Assembly: GCA_048213135.1 (NCBI GenBank)
Contig: PS015600.1
Coordinates: 9,972 to 53,276 of the forward strand
DNA length: 43,305 nt
Origin: Reclinomonas americana ATCC 50394
Lineage: Eukaryota
Reading direction: 5' to 3'
Below, piece after piece: positions 33,320 to 43,305 of the stretch; within the stretch, counting starts at the first letter, position 1, and each line of letters opens with the position of its first letter. The position numbers and the translations under genes are program-made. Below the pieces are notes generated by a model that worked only from the letters and a program-made list of their open reading frames with translations, was not told the origin of the DNA and did no database searches.

Positions 33320-36300
33320 ACCGCCTTCATTCTTTGCTGTGGTTCGTCGCCGTTTCCCCTCACTAAGCGTGAGCTCGTATCCAACATCCTTGTTTCCTCC
33401 ATTATTCACAGAACGACAAGAAGGGCGATGCAAGCCGATCGGGGGCACCGGCACCCGGCCAGAAGCGCTCACTGCTCACCGAATCACTACAAGGACCCGC
33501 CAGTGTGCATTTTGCCGCGTCATTATCGGCAGCGTCGGCATCATCGCGACCGGAGCCGCAGCTCACCTCGCAAGTGATTGGCGTCAAGTCCAGTTTTGCA
33601 CATGGAGGCGGGCACAGCACAGGCGTCGCCACCATGGCAGCCGTGGCGGCCGCTGCCGCTGCCGTTACTGGCGCTCCCTCAAACGCCGCAACAGCAACGG
33701 GTGCTGGGGCAGCAACCGATGCCGCCAATGGTGCAACTGCAACTGCGGTGGCTGTTGCTGGTGGTGGCGGAGCTGCGGGTCGAGTGTCTCTGGCCTCACA
33801 GGCGGCCCGAGGCGGTGGTGGCAGCAGCAGCAGCAGTCATTCACGCAGCGGAAGCGGACGAAGGTACTAATTTGTTTTTCAAGTGTGGCATCACGAAACT
33901 CAAGTTTTCTCTCTCTCACTCTCTCGTGCACAGTCACAAGCGCAGTGAGGGTGGCCGACGAAGTGGATCGGCATCGCCGCTGCAGTTGATTGGCTTCGAC
34001 ACGACATCCACCGAATCGGCGGCCTCCATCATTCGTCACCACTCGCGCTCGACAACGCCTTCGCCGCCCTCCGAAGCGAATGGGAGGGCGTCGGCTCCGC
34101 GGTCGACAAGCTCCTCCAACTTGGCGGAGGAGAGCAATCGCCCAGGCTCCAGTGGTCTCTTTTTCCGAACAACAGTGGCAACCGCTACCGCTGCAGCGTC
34201 GGCGGCCGGCGGCGCTGGCAAGGGATTGCATGTGCCCGGTGGTGATGCTGTGAGTCGCGAGGTGAGCAGCCACAATGAGAGCTGTTTGGACTTCCTCTCT
34301 TTCTGACGTAATGCGCCTGAGCAGCGCTCACTGTCGGCGCCAAGCTCGCCCACCGACGGCGGCACACTGGACGCGCGATTTCCGCACTTGGCCAAGGGTC
34401 TGGACGAACTGAGTCTGGAGAGCGTGGCCGACATGTTCCCCAAGCTAGAGGTGTTGAATCTGGCCAACAACCAGTTCCACGAGATTCCGCACTGGTGCGA
34501 GACTACCCCTCACTGTGTTTTTCTCCTCCCCGACTCACACGAAATAACGCGTGCAGGGTGTACGAGCTGCAAAAACTGCGACACTTGGACGTGTCGGCCA
34601 ACCGGCTGGTGCGACTGGAGGGCCCCGACGGCACACTCGGCGATTTGGTGTCGCTTACCGCACTCAACATCTCCGGCAACAAGATCGAGCGATTGCCGAA
34701 CGCCAGCGCCATGCGATGTCTCGGCAAGCTCATGTTTTTCGACGTCTCACACAATCCGCTCCGCGTGCTCCCGTCGGGGTACGACTCGATCTGGAGGTCA
34801 TCGTTGCAGACGTTGAGCCTCGGCTGGTGCGATTTTACGGGCGTCGACAACTGCGTCGGCTTCTTTGGCGAGTTGCGCTCGCTCGACATTTCCTCCAACA
34901 AGCTCAACACATTGACGTTCCCGTTGAGTGCGCTGCGGTCGCTCAACTCGCTTCTGCTTGGCGACAATGTGCTGCGCGCGCTTCCCACGTCGCTGATGCG
35001 ATTGAGTGCCACCCTCACGCATCTGGATGCGCGTTCCAATGCGTTGCGCGATTTGCCAGTTGAGTGGGTGACTGGGGGGAAAGGGTGAAGGGTGAAGAGA
35101 GGAGAAGAAGAGGGGGGGGGGAGAAGATGAGATGTAAGTCAAGCGAGGGAAGAGAAGGGCAAAAGAGAAGGTGGAATGGCAGGAAGGAAGAGGGGAGTGA
35201 AGAAAGAGGGATGTGCTGAGAGAGTAAGACGAGTGCAGGAAAGGAGAATCAAGAAAGGAAGGGGTAGAGTGAGAGGAAGGAATGAAGTGGGGAGTGAAGG
35301 GAGGTGGAACGTGGTAATAGCCAGACGGGAGGACGAATGATGTGTCAAGCGAAGGAAGGGAGGGGAGTGTTGAGTGGGAGATAGGAAGAAGGCGAGATTG
35401 AAGAGAAGTGGAATGTGGTGGAAGGCAGGAGAAAAAGGAATGGAGTAAGGAAGAGGGGAGTGAAGAAAAGAGGGATGTGCTGAGAGTAAGACGAGTGCAG
35501 GAAAGGAGAACCAAGAGAAAGTTCGGTGCTCTTCCCCGCCTCGACTCATCTTCCCTCGCTATATACCTCTCGCCTTTTTTCTCTTTCTCCATCTGTCTCA
35601 CTTGAGCAAATCCCTCTTCTCTTCGCTGCTCCCGTTTACTACATCCCTTATTCTTCTCCCGTCTTCTTTCGTTCCTCCCGCTCCACCCTCCCCGTCCCTT
35701 CCTTCGCTTGACACATCTTTCATCCTTCCGCAGCACTTCCCACTTGACTCACCTTTGCTCGCCAAATCCTCTCGCCTTCACTTTTTCTCCATCCTTCTCA
35801 CTCGCAGCTCATCCCTCATCTCTTCTTCATCCCTCTCTTCTTTCTTTGAAGAGAAACACCTGGGTACGCAAACCTTGCTCCTCTCATTGCTGTCAGTGGT
35901 GAGTGAAACAAGAAGAGGTAGATACGCAGCAGCGGTGAAAAGTGGGCACGGAAATGTCCCCTTCTCCTTCCTCTCTCACCTCGATTGCTTGATGTCGCAG
36001 GACGGGCTCTTCCGCCTTCACAATCTGCGCACACTGGATCTGCGACGCAATCTGCTCGAGTCGTTGTCGCCGCGCATTGCCGAGTTGCACTCGCTGAAGG
36101 CCTGCCACTTCGACTCGAATCTCATTTCGGAGCTGCCGTGGAACGCGCTGCTGAGCATGGAGTCGCTGGAGACGTTTACGATCGACAACAACCGTCTCTC
36201 CGAGGACTGCGTGCAGCAAGGCCAGCAGTATGCGGCGGCCGTCGCGGAGCAGGATCATGCACGTGTGGCGGATCAAATTCACCGTTTGCCGCGCAGATTA

Positions 36301-38322
36301 CGCGCACACTCCGGTCGTGTGATCGCCACGTCGTCGTTGTGGGTTCGTCTCTTTTTGATTGATTGCGCACCTGAGATGATGAGAGTCTCAAGTTTTCACG
36401 TTGCAGGATTTCCCCGGCGAGGTCATGCCGGGACTCTACGTCGGCTCCATGTTCTCGGCGGAGAACAAGGGTCTGTTGGATCAGTTGGGTGTGACGCACA
36501 TTTTGATTTGTGCGCGTCAACTCGAACCGCGCTTCCCGGACTCGGTCAAGTACTACAAGGCCAGCTTGGATGACACGCCGACGCAGAATCTGTTCGAGTG
36601 CTTGCCCGGCTGCCTGCGCTTCATTCACGAGGCAATGGACGAGAGGAGAGCCATGGAGACGGTCGGCGAGGCGACGTTGCATCGCAGTCGTTGAGTACTT
36701 ACTTTTGCACCCCACACCTTGGTGCGTCCTCCTCTCACGCTGTGTGCTGTTGGTACAGGATCGGCGGCGGTGCTCAAGCAGGAGCTGGACAGACTTCGTG
36801 AAGAGGGCGACCGATTCCACAACCAGGCCGACCTGGCCGAGCTCCTCCTCAATCCCGCTGAGCGTGAGTCGATCATCAACTCGGAGTCAATGGCCATCTC
36901 GGGCGTCTACGAGAGTGTGCTGGGCATCCGTCCGCAGGTGTATGTGGAAGCAGCTGCAGGTCCCTCGACTGCCGCCTCCTCGCTGTCGAGCAGCGACGAC
37001 GCAGACGTGGGAGCCGGTGCGCTTGCCTCGTCGCTGACGTCGTCATCGTCGGCTGCTTCCTCGGCCGCCAGTCCCGTGTCACCCGCCGTGCCGAGCGCAT
37101 TCAAGGCGCTGGCGCCGAGTCTTTCAGCGGATGTGGTCGCTGGTGCTGGCCAGCAGTCGCTGGCAGAAGACGTGGCACGCCTCTACAGCTCCATGTCGGC
37201 AACTATGCTGTCGGAGACGCCGTCGCCGGCGGGTGGTGGCGTTTCGTCTGCCGTTGCCAGCAGCACGCCGGACGATTCGGATGTGTGCCCGGCCACGGGC
37301 TTGCGGAGAGCGCGTTCCGGCTACTTCCAGTCGACACCGCAGTTGTATCATCCACAGCTGCACAGCCCAGGCCCGTCTCAGCAACAACCGCAGTACTCAC
37401 CACAGCCACAACAACCACAGCAGCACGGAGCGGAAATGCAATCGCTGTTGCGACACGGTAGTGCCGTGCAGCGGCACCATCTCGTGCTTTCGGTGGCCGG
37501 CTCTGGCAAGTCATCAATGTCGGGTGGCTCTGGCGGCCTGGTGTTCGACTTGGGCGCATTGGTGGCCGGCGATCGCAACACACTGGACGACGTCAGTTCG
37601 GCGAGCTCGCTGGTCGGCAGTTCGGATGAGGAGCGCGACATTAGTGATAATGATGATGACGATGATGACGCTGGCGGCGCACTGGACCAGGACGAAGTCG
37701 CGGCCACGACGGCCGCCACGGCGACATTGTCAGCGTCGCCCTCTGCAGCTGCAGGGGGAGCGGCGGCGATGCCGTCGGCGGTGTCACATGGTGCCGCCAT
37801 TGTCGCTGGCGGCATCAGTGGCGAGTCAGCAGCAGCGATCGAAGGTGTTGCCGCCGGCCCATCGCAGTCGCCGCTGTCGTCGCCGATTCGAAGACCATCG
37901 CTGGGTGGCGTGCTGTCGTCGAGTTCAGTGGCCGACACCAAGCGCCGCAAGCCTGTTATTCTTGTGCACTGGTGCGCGCTCCCGTAGTTCTCCTTTTTTG
38001 TGTGTGTTGTGCTCACTCTCCACCACCACAGTGCGCAAGGTGTCTCTCGCAGCGTGTCTGTCGTACTCGCCTATCTCATGCAGGCAGAGGGCATGTCTCT
38101 CAACGACGCATTCCAGGTGCGCTTTCTCATGTCATGCCAACCCACTCTGTTGACCACATGATGCTGACGCGCTTCTCTCTTTTGCAGTTGGTCAAGCGAG
38201 CCCGTTCATGCATTCTGCCGAACCACGGCTTCATCTCGCAGCTGCGGGAGCTGGAGCAGGCATTCGCGGCTGGCAAGTCACTGCACGGAATCAGCCGCGC
38301 ACCAACAGTTAATGTTGCATGA
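31279..38322 (+). CDS. Leucine-rich repeat + dual-specificity (MAP kinase-type) phosphatase; 5' end upstream/uncertain
   Basis: LRRs: LENLEALDLSHNHL, LRVLNLADNRL, LEVLNLANNQF, LRHLDVSANRL, LRSLDISSNKL, LRTLDLRRNLL. DSP N-half: EVMPGLYVGS...LGVTHIL...LDDTPTQNL. Catalytic loop ILVHC|AQGVSRS is restored by intron 37972-38031, followed by AYLM...AR..ILPNHGFISQL. Same architecture as the Dictyostelium Mpl phosphatases. Confidence 0.9.
35090..35850. repeat. Intronic fold-back: GA-rich arm followed by complementary CT-rich arm
   Basis: gatgtgtcaagcgaaggaaggga (35339-35361) is the exact reverse complement of 35695-35717. There is also a ~65-nt direct repeat at ~35191 and ~35454. Confidence 0.75.
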
Positions 38323-38614
38323 TGATGAAAAGAAGAAAAAAGAACAACAAAGGACAGCAACCGCGGGATCGGTCGACCTGTCGTGCTGTGGTGGTGTTAT
38401 GTTGCTACAATTAGTGTAAACCTGTACCTGTTATTGTTTAAACAACAAACGTGTGAAAATCTTTTCTTTTGTTTATGGACATGAGGCGGTTGGGTGGCGT
38501 TGAGAGCGAAAAAAAGGTGGAAACGTGAGAAAGAAACACTAACTGGCTAGAGGAGGGACAGAGGGAGGGAGGGAGGCAGCACGCCACACGCACACACACA
38601 CAACGCCAGAAAAA

Positions 38615-41600
38615 TTACAGCTTGTGCATGTCCTCTGCATTGTCCGTGTCCACATCGTCCATGTCCATCACCTCGTCGCCATCCTGTGCATCCGGATCCA
38701 CAGTACGCCGTGTGCTTGTCACTCCCGTGACAGTGCCAGCAGCTGGTGGTGCGTGCTGTAGAAGACACAAAGCAATGAATGAGCGCACAGCGGCGTGGAG
38801 CAGTCACTGTCGTCCACTAGAAACAAACCTCGTCATCGGAGGAGTCATCATCCGACGAATCCTCGTCCATCCGTGTCACTCCCGAGCCCGATCCCGATCC
38901 TTCGGCAACTGCGGCCGGGATACCGCCAGGACCACGGCGACGATAGAAGAGCACGTACGCCGCACGACCGTCAATGTTGCTCGGCGATGTTTGCGACACA
39001 TGCCTGTGTGTGCGTGAGAATGTGCGTGGCGATCGTGTTCACAAAGAAAGAGTGCGTACGTAACGAGTCGTCAAACTTGTACCAAAGTCCGTTGCTGTTC
39101 TTGGCCACGGCGGTGTAGTGGCCACCACCGAGACCACCAAAGTGGTACGACACCGCGTACAGATCGTAGATTGGTGGTGGCTTGGCCGGGTCCACGTGCA
39201 TCACGTGTCTCGTCAGATCGAGTCCCTCGACGGGGAACGACACGTTCGTGTCCAACTTGTCCCTAAAGTAGCGCGAGTACGAGAAGCGCTTCAAGTGGAT
39301 GACCAAAATCTCCGGCGTGCTCCACAGGTCCATCTTTTTCCGTGCCTCCACATGTTGCTGGCACTTGGAGCAGTACCTGGGGTGGGGGAGAAGGGGGGAT
39401 GAGGGAAAGGGAGAAGGGGAAGGGAGAGGGGGAGGGAAGAGGGGGAGGGATGAGGGGAAGGGAAACTGGGAAGCGAATAGGGGAGCGAGATGAGGGGAAG
39501 GGAAAGGGGGAAGGGAAAGGGGAAGGAAGGAGTAGACGGAGGGAAAAGAGGGAAGAGCAAAGAAGGTAAATAGAGATGAGGGAAGAGGGAAGAGGGAAGG
39601 CACATAGAGACGAGGGACGTGAGAGGAACGGGGAGAGGAAGATGCGCACATTTTCCTCTCTCTCTTCTCAGTGGGGAGAGAGCAAGAGAGAGTCGCACAT
39701 ACAAGAGAGACAAAAAGAGAGTACAATGCGTGACAAAGTGGAGGCGAACGGCGCACAACCACCCACCCACAGAGAGAGAGAGCCAGAGAAAAAATAATAC
39801 TCTCTCAGAGTGCAACCATAACACACCATGCGTCCTCAGGTGACAGGGTCTCCTCCTGCGAGAAAAGCTGCAAGCAATCGTCCAGCGACACATCGCTCTT
39901 GGTGGTGCTGCGGTACGAACCGACACTGGCATCACGGCGGCATTCCTGGATGCACACACAGACACAGCGATCAGCACCACCACCACCACAAACACACAGC
40001 CGCTCTGCTGCACGCAAGGCGCACCACTTCCGCTTCGTGATTCCACGCATCGCCGACCTCGTCCAGGGTCCACGCAACGGCCAGGTAGTCCTTCGAGCGG
40101 TACTGCGCACTCGGCGGCAGCACCGCGTCGTCAGAGTACACCACCTCCTGGGCACCCGGCACGTCCACACTGTGCGGATTAAAAAAAAACGGGTAAGCGA
40201 ACTCCATTTTCCACCCTCATATTCTTCTCATTCACACTAGGCACACGCACCCGCTGAAATCGACAAACTTGAGCACAAACAACGGCTTGCTCGGCACACG
40301 CGGACCCGCTGCTGGCGCCGCCGCACTGCCGTCCACTTCGGCCGCCACTGGGCCATCGTCACCTGACGGGGCCGCAGCATCAACGTCGGCGGGTACTGGA
40401 CCGTCGGCAGCGCTCGTGCCACTCTGCGACATCGGCTCGTCGGTGGTCGCCTGGTACAGCAGTCAGTCAACAACAACAACGGTATCAAAACGGTGGGCAT
40501 CAAAACTCAACATCGTCATCGTCATCATCATCCTGCGCGTCGGCATCAGCAGCAACGGCGCCGGCGGCGGAGGCGGCACGTGGCAGAGGGAACAATTTGG
40601 TCAGGTCGGAGCAGTCAATCACGTCCTTCTTGATGAGGTGGCCTACTTGCGCCCACACAGCATCGTACAGCTGGCGGCCAGTGGTCTCGCCCTTGACAAA
40701 CGGCACCGCCGTCGGCACGCCAAACAGTGCCGGTCGCCACTCCTTGCGTTGATATCTGGGCAGCGATGTTGTTGAGCGTATTCGAATACGCAGGTCGACG
40801 ACAAAGAAGAAAACGACGCAACGACGAATGCGTGTAAATCGATCGATTGCTGCTGTAGTACGGATCGCGCTCCATCTTGCGATGCACGACCACCAGGTAC
40901 GGACGCGGTGGCGCCTTGGACGCGCTGATGCGGTAGTCCTCTTCTTGGTGAGCCACGGCTGGCAAACCCGGCACGTGAATCCTGTGGACATTGAAAATGT
41001 AAGTAACACAACAAGCCAGTGCTATGGAGAGAGCGAGAGGCAGAACGCACGCGTAGATCTTGTCGCGGTCGGTCAGATTGTCCACCGACTGGCCATCCGT
41101 GTAGATGGTGTACAGCCGGTAGTTGTACAGCTCGGCAATCAAAACCTCGTCCGGCTGACAGCAGAATGCATGTGAGTGCATGGGCGCGAGCAGCACATCG
41201 ACACAGCACACTGAGACAGACCTGGCACTTGAGCACTTCGGCCACGCGCGAGCGCAACAGACGCACACTGGCAAACTTGTTGACGACAAACTCGTGCTCA
41301 AACGGCGTCTCCCGTCGAGCACACGGGAAGCAGGTGACCACCACTGAGCGATTCTTCTCCACCGGCAGCGGCAATTGCAGGAACATGTACGGATCGAAGG
41401 TGACGGAGACACGACCAGTGGCCACTGCAGCGACGAGAAGGAGAAGGAGAGATGATTGTCAGCGCGATATGACAGGCGAGGAGACGAAGTTGTGGATGCG
41501 TACCGCACGATGGGGTCGTGCACGTCAGCGTGCTCTTCATCTGGCCCTGGAACAAATCCACAATGTATGACCGGTTGCGCATCGTGTGCACCTGCCACGC

Positions 41601-43305
41601 CTCGTCGGCCACCTGCAGCGACAAATATGAGCACCGTGGAAACATCAGATCGACACCCCGAAAACACACAAACCACTTGGTCTGGACGGTCGCCGCCCTC
41701 CACGGGCGAAGTGACGGGCTTCTCGCGCACGCGGTTCAAGTCCTCGTGCAGGCCATCCAACAAAAACGCCAGCAACTCTTGCGAGTCGTGTTGCGCATAT
41801 CTATACACACACAAGAGCAGAGTGTGAGTGAGCAAAACGTACGTGCGTTCATGTGCGTGTGAGACACACACGCACCCCGAAAACTGCGGCGCAAACTGCC
41901 CGATGCAGTGTTTGAAGTCGCGAGGAATCACGTACGAGTAGGCACCCTTCCACACCTCGGCCGCCAGCTTGGCGTACGCGATCGCCAACTTGCCGCCCAT
42001 GCCCAGTGGGTTCTGCACGTTGATGTCCTGCACGTGCCTGTAATCGGGGAAGAAGGGGGACAGCGAGAGGTGAGTTGAGAGAAATGGGAAAGTAAGGGGG
42101 AAGGAATGGGAAGGAAAAGGGGGAAGGAAAGGGGGAAGGAAAGGGAAGGGGGAAGGAGAAGAGGGAAGGAGAAGGGGAGAAGGGAAACAGGGAAGGAAAC
42201 GGGGAAGGAAACGGGGAAGGAAAGGGGGAAGGAGAAGGGGGAAAGCGAAGGCAGAAAGGGGAACGAGAGGTTGGGGAAGGCAGAAAGGGGAACGAGAGGT
42301 GAGGTAAAAGAAAGAGGAAACGAATGCGAGGAGAGATGAGTAGAGAAGTGGTAGTGCAGGTCAGATACGAAAAGACGGAAATGGGGTCTGAGACGTGAGA
42401 TGGGAGACAAGGGAGAAGGAGACGAGGCGATTGAGAGAGATGAGAAGCGAGGAGGGCGCAGAGCAGCGACAACTCGAAAGAAAGCAACGAGCCAGAGTCC
42501 ACATGCTGCCAAGGCGTGCCACGCAACTCTCCACGCAGAATGACATCGGTCAGCGGCTGCGTGTGCAGCAGGCACTGCAGACCCGAGTTCATGAAGCAGG
42601 TGTTGCCGAGATTCTGCAGGCCGCACACGCCGGGCACGGCATTTGGTGACGGCACACCACCGCTCGAGTTGTACTCGTAGTTGCGGCTGTATGACGAAGC
42701 TGTGGTGCACAAAGAAGAAGCACATATGAGGAGGGGAAAAAAACAACGCACGGTGAAGCGGGCAGAGTACGACGGCAACGCAACAGCCAGTGCCGGACCA
42801 GTAGCTGGTGGTGCCAGAGGTGGAGCTACCGACGCGGGTGATGCCACCCGAGTAGCCGCTTCCGTACATGCCACCAGCGCTGCTGCCGACCGTGCGTCCA
42901 CCCGAAATCGAGTCCACCGCCGCCACAGCTGAGACCAGCAAACGAAGTCAGCACTCGACAACCCACACAAGAACCCGCCGTCGGTGAGCGCAACTCTTCT
43001 TCTTCTCCTTGACAGTCCACTCGCCGTCGGCGGACTTGGTGTCGAGCACGAGCTTCATGCCACTCTCAATCATGCAGTCGTCCAGCGTGCGGTCCTCGTC
43101 GGAGAGCACCTTGAATGGGTTGTCGGCATGCAGGGACCACACACGCGCCTCCACCTCCTCCTTCACGTCGTACTTTGTGCGCAAGCGCGCCAGCACTGTG
43201 CGGATCTTGTCGTTCTTGGAGAAGCACACCTCCGTGGTGGCCATTGTGTCGGTGCACAGCGCGCACTTCAGGTAGAGCGGGTACACTTCGACTTGCGGCG
43301 TGCCA
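38615..43305 (-). CDS. USP15: Ubiquitin carboxyl-terminal hydrolase, USP4/11/15 family (5' end beyond window)
   Basis: UBL domain VEVYPLYLK...[11 protein letters not shown]; Cys box [53 protein letters not shown]; His box [20 protein letters not shown]...[17 protein letters not shown]. The stop TAA ends at 38615. The symbol is family-level (co-ortholog of USP4/11/15). Confidence 0.93.

Noticed and set aside
37968-37987. Apparent catalytic Cys-to-Trp change (HWCALP*) suggesting a pseudophosphatase
   Set aside because: An intron at 37972-38031 splits the Cys codon, and splicing restores HCAQGVSRS.

Overview
Eukaryotic, intron-rich, gene-dense scaffold segment with six N-gaps. Exons are GC-rich; most introns are 50-90 nt, but several are expanded by microsatellites or local tandem repeats. 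It looks like a protist (amoebozoan-like), but the taxon cannot be fixed from sequence alone. Hand-spliced genes, in order: (1) a Cys-rich tandem EGF/DSL-like repeat protein in two oppositely oriented pieces around a gap; (2) a predicted myristoylated fusion of an ankyrin-like region, a 2OG-Fe(II) prolyl-hydroxylase-like domain, an F-box and a truncated actin-fold; (3) an SH3-like + LRR protein; (4) TruB pseudouridine synthase with an RGG tail; (5) an SLX9-family protein; (6) a PLAC8-family protein; (7) Integrator subunit 8; (8) an intronless TPR protein; (9) an LRR + dual-specificity phosphatase; (10) a USP4/11/15-type deubiquitinase. Three observations stand out: a recurrent second class of 5' splice site (GTTRHGY, the usual donor shifted by one nucleotide) at about 14 introns, the hydroxylase-F-box-actin fusion, and repeats that align gap-free with the Notch-ligand DSL domain. 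All gene models are manual, and family calls rest on remembered motifs, not database searches.
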